Positions 1 to 8,636 of a stretch of 64,000 nucleotides of DNA are shown in pieces. Under the pieces are notes generated by a model. The model searched no databases. It was not told the DNA's origin and saw only the letters and a program-made list of their open reading frames with translations. This stretch comes from a virus, in IMG/VR virus record IMGVR_UViG_3300046474_000239, positions 1 to 64,000 of that record, one strand, 5' to 3'. A program made the translations under genes and the position numbers. The stretch's first letter is position 1, and each line of letters opens with the position of its first letter.

Positions 1-482
1 GCGGACGTTCGGCACCTCGCCGTGGCTCCCGCGACGAAGAAGAACCGGAAGCCGATGCCCCTACTCGCGGTGCCCGCCGTGGCCGCCGTGAAGAGCCAGA
101 GGACGAGCCGGAGCCAGCACCTCGCCGTGGCACCCGACGTGCAGTCGAAGAAGAGCCGGAAGAGCCACCAGCACGCGGTCGCCGTCGTGCAGTCGAGGAA
201 GAGCCGGAAGAGCCTGCTCCTCGTCGCGGTCGCCGTGCCGAGCCGGAAGAAGAGCCGGAGCCAGCCCCGCGTCGTGGTCGTCGCGCAGAGCCTGAAGACG
301 AGCCGGAACCGGCACCTCGCCGGGGCACCCGTCGTGCAGTAGAAGAAGAGCCAGAAGAACCACCGGCTCGCGGTCGCGGTCGTGGCCGGGCGGACACCGA
401 TGCGGAGCCGCCGTTTGAACCTGAAGACGAAGCACCCGCAGATCGCGGAGCCCGTCGCCAGGCATTGCGCGGTCGCCGGTAG
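1..482 (+). CDS. 3' end of a gene (5' truncated) with a low-complexity tail of alternating acidic and Arg-rich blocks; possibly an SSB or other replication-protein tail
   Basis: Frame starting at nt 3 is open to TAG 480-482 and reads repeats such as EEEPEEPAPRRGRR; absent from the ORF track because no start is in the window; followed by a terminator. Confidence 0.7.
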   Translation, partial: GRSAPRRGSRDEEEPEADAPTRGARRGRREEPEDEPEPAPRRGTRRAVEEEPEEPPARGRRRAVEEEPEEPAPRRGRRAEPEEEPEPAPRRGRRAEPEDEPEPAPRRGTRRAVEEEPEEPPARGRGRGRADTDAEPPFEPEDEAPADRGARRQALRGRR

Positions 483-501
483 CAGGTGAGTGGTTTAGTT
501 G

Positions 502-526
502 AGGGCGCTTCGGCGCCCTTTTCTTT
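502..526 (+). terminator. Intrinsic terminator
   Basis: AGGGCGC-TTCG-GCGCCCT followed by TTTCTTT. Confidence 0.85.
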
Positions 527-550
527 GCAGTGGAGAAGGAGCGGGCGGAG

Positions 551-2260
551 ATGACGCTACCAGCTAGGCTCAAGGGTTGCATGATGCTGCCGATGAGCGA
601 GATAGATGTACCCCGAGTTAAGAAGCAGGTGACCTACAAGCACAGGCCACTCAGCCTGGCGGATGGTGAGCCGGACCTGGAGGTGGTCGCCTGGTACATC
701 GACGGTGAGTACCTTTGTGTACCCCGGCAGTACGGAATGACGCTGTGCAATCAATTGCACCTGGAATACGTGGACGAGACGAGCACCGGAAAGGTGGCTC
801 ACTTCCCCAAGATCCCGGACCCTCGGGAGTACCAGGTGCCGCAGCTTGAAGAGATCATGGCCGAGTACGACACGGCCTATGACTTCATCTTCAAAGCGCA
901 CACGGGTTGGGGCAAAACGGTTGGTGCATTGATCGTTGCGGCCAGGCTCGGGCGGACCACGGTCATCATCGTTGACCAGGAGAACCTCCGACTACAGTGG
1001 GTCGAAGCGCTGACCACGCTGTTCGGATTTGCAGAGAAAGACATCGGCACCATCAAGGGCGACAAGTGGAGCTGGAAGGGCAAGGCGGTAACCGTGGCCA
1101 TGGTGCAGACCCTGGCGCAGCGCGGAGTCGACGAGGAGCTTGCTGACTACTTCGGCTTCGCCATCGTGGACGAGGTGCACACCTGCGGAGCCCCAACATT
1201 CAGCGCCGTGCTCCTCATGTGGAACGCGACGTACCGCCTGGGTGTCTCGGCTACGCCTAAACGGAAGGACGGCCTACAGCGCGCCCTGGACCACAACCTT
1301 GACAAGATCAGGGTGGAGGCCAGCAAGAAGCACAATCGTTCGGCGGTGTACCTGATCCGCAGCGAGACGGTCTACAGCTTCTACGGCAACGTGAGCAAGA
1401 TGACCGGCCGGATCTTTTCGGAGATCGCTGAAGACGGCCCGCGTAACCTGCTGATCGCCGAGGCAGCGTTGTGGCTTTATGAGTCCGGGCGGGACGTGCT
1501 GGTCCTGTCGGATCGCATCGAACACCTGAAGGAACTGGAATGCCTGCTCTACTATATGGGAGTGGCCGAGGAGGAAATGGGTCTATACACTGGCTACGAC
1601 CCGGTATGGAAGTTCGCAAAGGACGCCAACCCCTCTGGCCGACCTGAAGGTCTTGAACGCTGGAGGAGAGAAGACCGGGCTTGGGAACAGGCGGAGTATT
1701 GCGCTGTCTCAATGCAGATCGTCCAGAAGCGAGTACCCAAGCAACGGTTCGAGCACATCAAGAAGCACAGCAAGATAATCCTGGCTACGTATGGGATGTT
1801 TGCAAAGGGTGTAGACGTTGCAAGACTTTCTGGCGGGGTAGACGCGACCCCTCGCAGCGCGGCGGAGCAAGTCCATGGCCGTATCCTGCGCGAGGTCGAA
1901 GGCAAGCCGGTGCCGATATGGGTCACCTTGATGGACACCAACAGCTACAGGCTGATGTTCACCCTGGCAAACAGGATCAAGGAGTACCTGAAGAGCAGCG
2001 GCGTACTATTCGAGTGGCATCCAGACGGGAGTGTCGAGCAATGCGACGTAAAGAACCTGAAGAGCGAGATCTACGAGAGGGTCGACGACCTGAAATCGCA
2101 GCGGATCGCAACAAACAAAGACGGACTCAATACGCTAGTGACTCAAGCGGACGAGCAGCAAAGCAAGCGGACCAAAGACAACGATATGGTAGCGCGGTTC
2201 AAAAGACGGCCGCCCCGCCTGCCGCCGCCACGCTCCGGCGCGGAACGCGGAGAGAGGTAG
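551..2260 (+). CDS. Superfamily 2 DExH helicase (UvsW/ResIII-like)
   Basis: Motif I AHTGWGKT, motif II DEVH, motif III SAT, motif VI QVHGRILR; ATG 551 after GGAG. Confidence 0.9.
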   Translation: MTLPARLKGCMMLPMSEIDVPRVKKQVTYKHRPLSLADGEPDLEVVAWYIDGEYLCVPRQYGMTLCNQLHLEYVDETSTGKVAHFPKIPDPREYQVPQLEEIMAEYDTAYDFIFKAHTGWGKTVGALIVAARLGRTTVIIVDQENLRLQWVEALTTLFGFAEKDIGTIKGDKWSWKGKAVTVAMVQTLAQRGVDEELADYFGFAIVDEVHTCGAPTFSAVLLMWNATYRLGVSATPKRKDGLQRALDHNLDKIRVEASKKHNRSAVYLIRSETVYSFYGNVSKMTGRIFSEIAEDGPRNLLIAEAALWLYESGRDVLVLSDRIEHLKELECLLYYMGVAEEEMGLYTGYDPVWKFAKDANPSGRPEGLERWRREDRAWEQAEYCAVSMQIVQKRVPKQRFEHIKKHSKIILATYGMFAKGVDVARLSGGVDATPRSAAEQVHGRILREVEGKPVPIWVTLMDTNSYRLMFTLANRIKEYLKSSGVLFEWHPDGSVEQCDVKNLKSEIYERVDDLKSQRIATNKDGLNTLVTQADEQQSKRTKDNDMVARFKRRPPRLPPPRSGAERGER

Positions 2261-2271
2261 AGACCGAGGAC

Positions 2272-2559
2272 ATGGACCACCCGATGACCGTTGAGAGTTA
2301 CACCATCCCGGAGGCAGCCGAGGCGATTGGAAAGTCCCTCAATACCTTCCGACGCTGGATCGACGATCAGATGCTACCGGAGCCGTACCTCCGCGATACC
2401 CAGTCAAACTACAGGGTGTACAGCCGGGGCGAGATGGACATCATCAGTGAGGCTTTACGCAGACACGCGGAGGAGTTCTCCTACTTTAGAGCGGACCACT
2501 CAACCGTGATCCACAACATCAATCAACGCATCCAGGCACATCGCTCGATGCACGTCTGA
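2272..2559 (+). CDS. MerR/excisionase-like winged-HTH DNA-binding protein
   Basis: YTIPEAAEAIGKSLNTFRRW...NYRVYS pattern; ATG 2272 after GAGG. Confidence 0.8.
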   Translation: MDHPMTVESYTIPEAAEAIGKSLNTFRRWIDDQMLPEPYLRDTQSNYRVYSRGEMDIISEALRRHAEEFSYFRADHSTVIHNINQRIQAHRSMHV

Positions 2560-2566
2560 GGTCACC

Positions 2567-2956
2567 ATGGCAGACCCAAAAAGAATAATCCGCACCAAAG
2601 CGGCACAGGCACGAAGCGCGGCGAAGGAAGAAGTAGGGCGCCGCGCCACCTCCACGCAATACTCACACCGCAAGGAGATCATTGAGGACACCACCCAGGC
2701 AGAGACCCTGGGCACGTCCAAGTTCCCTCCCGGTGTCGAGCCAGCATTCGTCCGGGTATCGGTAGGGTCCACCTACAACCTGGGCAACTTCGAGTCCCTT
2801 CGCCTGGACGTGAGCGTGACGCTCCCATGCCTCGTCGAAGAAGTAGAAGACACATACAGCCGGGCTAGTGAATTCTGCGCCGAGAAACTCCAGGAAGAGG
2901 AGGCTCAATGGTTGCCAGGGGCATCGAAGTCGGGCGGCAAGTCAGCCAAGAAGTAA
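2567..2956 (+). CDS. Hypothetical phage protein
   Basis: GAGG RBS, operonic spacing, YNLGNFESLRLDV motif typical of small phage replication-region proteins. Confidence 0.7.
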   Translation: MADPKRIIRTKAAQARSAAKEEVGRRATSTQYSHRKEIIEDTTQAETLGTSKFPPGVEPAFVRVSVGSTYNLGNFESLRLDVSVTLPCLVEEVEDTYSRASEFCAEKLQEEEAQWLPGASKSGGKSAKK

Positions 2957-2968
2957 GGAGCAGGGAAC

Positions 2969-4099
2969 ATGGCAAGAACACGAGTACGCGGAGTAGAAGC
3001 ACCAGCAGCACCCAAGCAGGGTGCCGAACTCCTTTCGATGATCAGGCAGATCAACAAGGCTCACGGGGAGGGTTTGGTCCTTCGTGGTAACCAGATCCAC
3101 CAGCCCATCCGTTTCCCTACCGGGGTGTTCTCCCTGGACCTGGCAACGTGTGGCGGCATCCCTAACCGTTCTGTGACCATGTTCCACGGTCGCCGGTCCT
3201 CCGGTAAGACCACCACCGCCCTGAAGACCATCGCCACCACCCAAAGATTGAACCCTGGCTGCGACGTAGTCTTCGTTGACCAGGAGCATTCATTCGACTC
3301 GGTGTGGGCGGCGAAGCTGGGCTGCGACCTGGACCGCCTCCTCGTTATTCAACCGGAGACCGGTGAGCAGGCAGTAGACTTCATCGACGGCTTCATCCAT
3401 ACCGACAGCGTGCGCCTGATCGTCCTCGACTCGGTCGCTGCCCTGGTCCCGATGCGCGAGCTGAAGGCCGGAGCCGAAGATGCCCACGTAGGCATCCACG
3501 CCAAGCTGGTCACCCACTTGATGCGCAAGGTAACCAATGGCTTCGCCATGGCCCGCCGTGCGGATCGCGACGTGGCCTTCCTCTGCATCAACCAGCAGCG
3601 TTCCAAGATCGGTGGCTTCAGCCCAGACGGTGATCCGATCAACCTGCCGGGCGGCAAGGCGCTCGATCACTACACGATGCTCCAGGTCAAATTCAAGAAC
3701 AAAGAGAAGTTCTCGAAGGACGAGCAAGGCTTCGACATGCTGGACGTGAACGAGCACGCCTTCAGTATCGACAAGAACAAAGTCAACGCAGGTATCCGTG
3801 CAGGCGAGTTCCAGCTCCAACGCCGGGCCTCGGATGTGTACCCACTTGTAGAGGGTGACATCGACGACGCGGGGACCATGCTGGCCTACGGCAAGAAGAT
3901 GGGGATCTACACGGGCGGTGGCCAGTCCTGGACCTTGGAACTGCCAGACAAGGAACTGAAGTTCAAGTCCGGTGACGCCGCGTGCACCCACCTGTACGAG
4001 GAGTACGAGGACTACTGGGCGCTGCGCAACCACCTGATCGCCATGCACTCGGCGAAGCTGGGCATGCCCCAGTCGTTCCTGGACCGCTTCTATGAATAG
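2969..4099 (+). CDS. recA: RecA/UvsX-like recombinase
   Basis: TG..SLD.A..GGIP, Walker A GRRSSGKTT, FVDQEH, Walker B LIVLDSVAAL, INQ.R, PGGKAL. Confidence 0.95.
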   Translation: MARTRVRGVEAPAAPKQGAELLSMIRQINKAHGEGLVLRGNQIHQPIRFPTGVFSLDLATCGGIPNRSVTMFHGRRSSGKTTTALKTIATTQRLNPGCDVVFVDQEHSFDSVWAAKLGCDLDRLLVIQPETGEQAVDFIDGFIHTDSVRLIVLDSVAALVPMRELKAGAEDAHVGIHAKLVTHLMRKVTNGFAMARRADRDVAFLCINQQRSKIGGFSPDGDPINLPGGKALDHYTMLQVKFKNKEKFSKDEQGFDMLDVNEHAFSIDKNKVNAGIRAGEFQLQRRASDVYPLVEGDIDDAGTMLAYGKKMGIYTGGGQSWTLELPDKELKFKSGDAACTHLYEEYEDYWALRNHLIAMHSAKLGMPQSFLDRFYE

Positions 4100-4469
4100 G
4101 ATCCTGCGGGTGCGCCGGACCAAACCTGAGCCCGAGGGCAACCCCGAGCATACCCAGGAATGGCTCAACGACCGCCTGTACTGGTCCGGCCACTACCAGC
4201 GGTCCTACGGCCACTCCTGGGACGTGGCGGTCTCATCTGCCAAGCTCTGGCATCCCTGGGCAACGGAGAGCATGATTGCGACTGCCCTTGAACTCAACGG
4301 AGTGAAGCGACATGCCAAATCCATACTTAGATCGCGCCGCCAGAAAGGCCAACCTGACCCAGTCCCATCGCCGAGCCCCGAAGCAAGAAGCGGAGATAGC
4401 GAAGAGAGTGGGCGGTCGCCTAACCCCCGGCTCAGGGTCCGGCGCAGTCAAAGGCGACGTGCGAGTTAA
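4092..4469 (+). CDS. Hypothetical protein (3' part overlaps the next gene)
   Basis: ATG overlaps the recA stop and the ORF fills the gap to 4312; 158-nt overlap with the next gene lowers confidence. Confidence 0.5.
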   Translation: MNRILRVRRTKPEPEGNPEHTQEWLNDRLYWSGHYQRSYGHSWDVAVSSAKLWHPWATESMIATALELNGVKRHAKSILRSRRQKGQPDPVPSPSPEARSGDSEESGRSPNPRLRVRRSQRRRAS

Positions 4470-4677
4470 GGGCGTCGTACGGATCGAGTGCAAGACCACC
4501 AAGAACAAATCCTTCTCGGTCACTCTGGATATGCTGGAGAAGATCGAGGAGGCAGCGGCATCGGGCGGGGAGATGCCCGTCCTTATAATTGAGTTCATTG
4601 ACGACCGAGGGCGCAAGATCAAGGAGGTGGCGGTCTGCCCCACTTACGTTCTTGACTCGATAGGAGCAACAGCATGA
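4312..4677 (+). CDS. PD-(D/E)XK nuclease, archaeal-type Holliday junction resolvase-like
   Basis: E..IAK..GG...PGSGS..KGDV......IECKTT. Confidence 0.8.
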   Translation: MPNPYLDRAARKANLTQSHRRAPKQEAEIAKRVGGRLTPGSGSGAVKGDVRVKGVVRIECKTTKNKSFSVTLDMLEKIEEAAASGGEMPVLIIEFIDDRGRKIKEVAVCPTYVLDSIGATA

Positions 4678-5660
4678 CCGTCACCCGAAGAACCAGGACT
4701 CGCGTGGTAGCAGAACCAGAACCCACCGTGAGCCGCAGCACAATCGCCCTGCGCCGTCGTCGTGGCCAGACGGACGAGCAAGTACCGAACTCTGGGCGCC
4801 GGGCGGGGGTCTGCGACAAGGACCAGCAGGTCGTATCCGCACCGAACACTGACTACCCCCTGACGGAGATCCTGGACAAGGCCAGTTATGACATGCGACC
4901 AGCCCGGCCAGGCCCGTACCTCCACGTCAGCGACCTACTCCACAAGTGCATCCGCAAGAAGGCCCTGGAAGAGCGCTACGACGCGATGCCTGCCCAGCAG
5001 CGCCTTACCATGTCCGACATGCTTACGTTCTCCATGGGCGATGCTGTGCACGATACGCTCAAGGCCAGGGCCAGGGTCGGGCGGCCGGACATCGTATGGG
5101 GCATATGGTCCTGCAAGTGCAGCTTCCTCAAGCATGAAGAGCCCTGCACCTACGCAGAGATCGACCAGGAGGAAACCTGCCCACATTGCAACTCCGTGGT
5201 AGATCAGTATCATGAAGTCTCAATGCGCGACGATGAATACGGCATAGTGGGCAACCCGGATCTGATCCTTTATTTTGCCCGCAAGGACGCCCTACACGTC
5301 ACCGAACTGAAGTCCATGGCACACAAAGGGTGGGAAGAACTGGTCCGCCCTGTGCCGGAGCACGTTATCCAAGTCGTCTTCTACTGGCACCTCATGCACC
5401 GCAAGGGGTACAGGCTGACCGACAAGGTTTCGATCCTCTACTGCACCAAGCAGTGGCAGTTCGGCAACAAGACCCCGTTCAAAGAATTCTTGATTGATCC
5501 GGTCGCATCGCTAGATCGCCTGGACCAGTACATAGAAGACGCCAAAGCGTACAAAGCTGCGCAGACAGGTGGGGAGCTTCCTCTTCGCACCTTCTGCTCG
5601 CATGAGTCCGCGAAAGGCGCCAAGTCGTGCGGTGTATTGCAGCTCTGCTTCGGAGAATAA
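4674..5660 (+). CDS. Cas4/RecB-like PD-(D/E)XK exonuclease with Cys clusters
   Basis: HVSDL..C.RK, G..VH, GNPD, ELKS, Q...Y motif, CxC/CxxC insert and C-terminal Cys residues. Confidence 0.8.
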   Translation: MTVTRRTRTRVVAEPEPTVSRSTIALRRRRGQTDEQVPNSGRRAGVCDKDQQVVSAPNTDYPLTEILDKASYDMRPARPGPYLHVSDLLHKCIRKKALEERYDAMPAQQRLTMSDMLTFSMGDAVHDTLKARARVGRPDIVWGIWSCKCSFLKHEEPCTYAEIDQEETCPHCNSVVDQYHEVSMRDDEYGIVGNPDLILYFARKDALHVTELKSMAHKGWEELVRPVPEHVIQVVFYWHLMHRKGYRLTDKVSILYCTKQWQFGNKTPFKEFLIDPVASLDRLDQYIEDAKAYKAAQTGGELPLRTFCSHESAKGAKSCGVLQLCFGE

Positions 5661-5662
5661 AC

Positions 5663-6178
5663 ATGTCACGGATCGTACGACGTACCCGCCCAGTCGTGGC
5701 GGAGGAGCAAGAGGGGTACATCCTGGGAATTGACCCTGGGAACTCCGGCGCGCTGGCAATACTCACCGACTCGGGTGCCTTCGTTGACGCGCTGATCATC
5801 CCTATCGTTTCGTCAGGCAAGAGCAACCGGGTAAACGGAGCGGCCGTAGCTGCCTTCCTTGCCCAGTACGACATCGCGCATGCGTACATTGAAAAGGTGG
5901 GCGCTATGCCAGGCAACGGTGGCACCAGCATGTTCACCTTCGGCCACTCCGCAGGAAAGGTAGAGGGAGTAGTAGAGGGCCGGATGATCCCGGTCACTCA
6001 CCTGACACCGCAGTTCTGGAAGAAGGCCGGTAACCTGGTCAACAAACCGAAGGACGCAGCCCGCTCCAGGTGCGTCCAGCTTTACCCGCACGTCCGAATC
6101 TTAGATACCAAGATCCGGGGCGGGGCGGTAGGAGATGCTATACTCATCGCCAGGGCCGGACATGGTTTGTCGATGTGA
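5663..6178 (+). CDS. RuvC-like Holliday junction resolvase
   Basis: ILGIDPG, IEKV, SMF.FG...G, TPQ.WKK, DA.LIA. Confidence 0.85.
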   Translation: MSRIVRRTRPVVAEEQEGYILGIDPGNSGALAILTDSGAFVDALIIPIVSSGKSNRVNGAAVAAFLAQYDIAHAYIEKVGAMPGNGGTSMFTFGHSAGKVEGVVEGRMIPVTHLTPQFWKKAGNLVNKPKDAARSRCVQLYPHVRILDTKIRGGAVGDAILIARAGHGLSM

Positions 6179-6318
6179 GCCCGATGCAATCAATTGCACG
6201 AAGTAAAAAATCGCTTGTGAAGGTTGAAACTTAGTTAGGCCACCCCTACTATCCAACTCGCGAGCTGTTAAACCTCACCACGGCAAATCGCCACCCAATC
6301 ACTCGGAAGGTCACGACC

Positions 6319-7788
6319 ATGGCAAACGCAAAAGCAAAAGCTAAACCCGCCCAGGCAAAGGAAGAGGCGGCACCGGAATTCGCAGAAGGCTCCTGGGTCC
6401 GCTTCCTCGGCTACGAGAAGGGCACCAAGAAAGAGGAGATGATCCTCAACAAAGACGAATCGTACGAAGTCGTCGCGCTGCCTGGCGAAGAAGAAGTTGA
6501 CGGCGACGTGATCCAAACCGGCTACGTGCTGCGTCTGGAAAACCCGGACTTCGATCCGAAGAAGAAAGAAAACCCGGACACCAACCCTAAGTTCCTGGAA
6601 ACCGAAGTGTTCCCGGAAGAGATCGAAGCGGGCGAAGCGCCGGAAGGCGAAGGCGATGCGATCACCTACGAAGAGCTGGCCGCGTACAGCAAAGCAGAGC
6701 TGCTCGAATTCGCCACGGCGAACGAAGTCAAGCTGACTGCCGCTCAAAAGAAAACCCCGGAAACCTTGCTCGCTACCCTGGCCGCAGAATTCGGCCTGGA
6801 GCCAGCAGCCGAAGAAGAAGAGCCTGAAACTCCTCCGGCCAAGCCTGAAACCGCTGCCGCGAAGAAGAAGCGCGAAGCCCAGGAAGCTGCCGACGCTAAA
6901 GCAGCCAAGGCCAAGCCACCGACCGCAGCCGAGAAGAAGGCCGCAGCAGCCGCCGAAAAACTGGCAGCCGCCCCTAAAGGCAAAGCCACTGCCAAAGGCA
7001 AGGCCCCGGCCGCGCCGAAGGACGAGGAAGAAGAAGTCGACCCAGACTTCGTGCCTGAACTCGAAGGCGAAGACGAAGCGGTCCTCTCCCTGGTCGAAGG
7101 CGACGTTGACCTGGTCGCGGTAGCCCAGGACCTGGAATCGGCGGTTGCCGTATCCGAGTACCAGTTGGGCGGCGTGCTGTACCACATCAAGAAAGAAAAG
7201 CTGCACCTGGCTACCGACAAGAAGGGCAAGCTGCTCGATCCTGAATACGGCGAAACCGGTGGCTTCAAGAAGTTCCTGTTGGATAACTTCAACATCGACT
7301 ACCGCAAGGCCACGTACCTGATCGACATCTACATCAACTTCACCCTGGCCGGTATCGAAAATCCGTCCGACGTGGTTGGCCGTATCGGCTGGACCAAGGC
7401 AAGCAAGATCGCCAAGCTGGTCGGTGTCGAAGGCGCAGACGTTGACGGTCTGGTTGACGTAGCCGAGAAGAACACCGTTGCGGATCTGTCCGAGATCATC
7501 AAGGAGCAGTTCTCTCCTGAAGGCGGCAGCGACAAGCCACCATCGGCTACCCGTATCACTCTGCGCTTCCGCTACCTGGAAGAAGAAGCCAACGTCTTCG
7601 AAGACGCGCTGAAAGAGCTGGCTGACCAGTTCGGCCAGAAGCCTGAAGAAGCGTTGCTCCAGTTGGTCATCGACGCACACGCTCGCGAAGTCTCGGGCGC
7701 TGGCGGCCACAACCAGGAAGAAGAAGAGCAACCGGCCAAGGGCGGCAAAGCAGCAACCAAACCCGCTCGGGGTAAGGCTCGCGCCTAA
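6319..7788 (+). CDS. Large acidic and Ala/Lys-rich protein, probably abundant and DNA-binding
   Basis: Strong codon bias, own terminator, HeH/Rho-N-like segment YSKAELLEFA, AK-rich linker, helical C-terminal domain. Confidence 0.75.
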   Translation: MANAKAKAKPAQAKEEAAPEFAEGSWVRFLGYEKGTKKEEMILNKDESYEVVALPGEEEVDGDVIQTGYVLRLENPDFDPKKKENPDTNPKFLETEVFPEEIEAGEAPEGEGDAITYEELAAYSKAELLEFATANEVKLTAAQKKTPETLLATLAAEFGLEPAAEEEEPETPPAKPETAAAKKKREAQEAADAKAAKAKPPTAAEKKAAAAAEKLAAAPKGKATAKGKAPAAPKDEEEEVDPDFVPELEGEDEAVLSLVEGDVDLVAVAQDLESAVAVSEYQLGGVLYHIKKEKLHLATDKKGKLLDPEYGETGGFKKFLLDNFNIDYRKATYLIDIYINFTLAGIENPSDVVGRIGWTKASKIAKLVGVEGADVDGLVDVAEKNTVADLSEIIKEQFSPEGGSDKPPSATRITLRFRYLEEEANVFEDALKELADQFGQKPEEALLQLVIDAHAREVSGAGGHNQEEEEQPAKGGKAATKPARGKARA

Positions 7789-7807
7789 GCCTCAGCGATA
7801 GCAGCGC

Positions 7808-7838
7808 AAAAAGGCACTCCATCGCGGGTGCCTTTTTT
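7808..7838 (+). terminator. Intrinsic (possibly bidirectional) terminator
   Basis: AAAAAGGCACTC-catcgc-GGGTGCCTTTTTT. Confidence 0.85.
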
Positions 7839-7853
7839 CATAGGAGAAGGAAA

Positions 7854-8627
7854 ATGGCAGCTAAGAAAGTTCCGACCCGCGTGCCAACCAGGGTGCCAAC
7901 TCGCGTGCCAACCAAGGCGCCAAGCAAGGCCCGTACGGCGGTAGACACGCGGGCGGCGATACCTCCACCCCTGGACATGTCGAAGATCAAACTCAAGCTG
8001 GAGTATGTCGACATCAACGACATCGTTCCGTACGAGTGGAACGCAAGGGATAACGCCAAGGCAGTCGCGGCGGTCAAGGCCTCGATCAAGACCTTCGGCT
8101 TCATCATCCCTATCGTGATCGACGACGACAATGTCCTGGCCGCTGGACACACCCGTACCGAAGCTGCCAAAGAGCTGGGTATGGCAGAGGTGCCCGCCGT
8201 TCGCGCCAGCCACCTGACCGAAGACCAGATTAAAGCCTTCCGCCTGATCGACAACAAGGTAGCCAGCATCGCCGATTGGGACTTCAACCTCCTGGCCGCA
8301 GAGATGCAGCAGCTCGAAGGTCTGTTCGACATGACGGACTACGGCTGGACTACCCAGGAGATCGACTGCCTCAGCTCGATGGTCGGTGATGACTGCCTGA
8401 CCACCTCCGGCCTGGGCACGGGCGGCCAGCGTGACGCAGAGGATGCAGAGCGTGAGCCAGCCGGTCGACGTGCACCTACCCGTGCCCGCTTCGTGTTGGG
8501 TGAGCTATGCTTCTTCGAAGACGCCAACCTCTACCGCTCCTGGGTACAGGGACTGCGCGAGCTGCACAACTTCGATGAAGAGCTGATCGCTGAAGACCTC
8601 AAGCGCCGCTTGGGCATTTTGGTATAA
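7854..8627 (+). CDS. ParB/sulfiredoxin N-terminal domain protein
   Basis: PYEWNAR.N, SIKTFGF..PIVID, AGHTR..AA (GxxRxxA), FRLIDNK; N-terminal (VPTR)x3. Confidence 0.9.
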   Translation: MAAKKVPTRVPTRVPTRVPTKAPSKARTAVDTRAAIPPPLDMSKIKLKLEYVDINDIVPYEWNARDNAKAVAAVKASIKTFGFIIPIVIDDDNVLAAGHTRTEAAKELGMAEVPAVRASHLTEDQIKAFRLIDNKVASIADWDFNLLAAEMQQLEGLFDMTDYGWTTQEIDCLSSMVGDDCLTTSGLGTGGQRDAEDAEREPAGRRAPTRARFVLGELCFFEDANLYRSWVQGLRELHNFDEELIAEDLKRRLGILV

Positions 8628-8636
8628 GGAGGCCCT

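Noticed and set aside
745-760. 16-mer as an IHF or FNR/ANR site
   Set aside because: It contains ATCAA but lacks the IHF TTR element in nearly all copies and the TTGAT-N4-ATCAA arrangement
1681-2271. N-terminal extension of the MerR-like ORF overlapping the helicase
   Set aside because: It lies almost wholly within the helicase gene and an RBS-ATG exists at 2272; a shorter overlap cannot be excluded
4674-5660. Cas4-like gene as part of a CRISPR system
   Set aside because: Solo Cas4-like nucleases are common in phage recombination modules; it sits among RecA and resolvases
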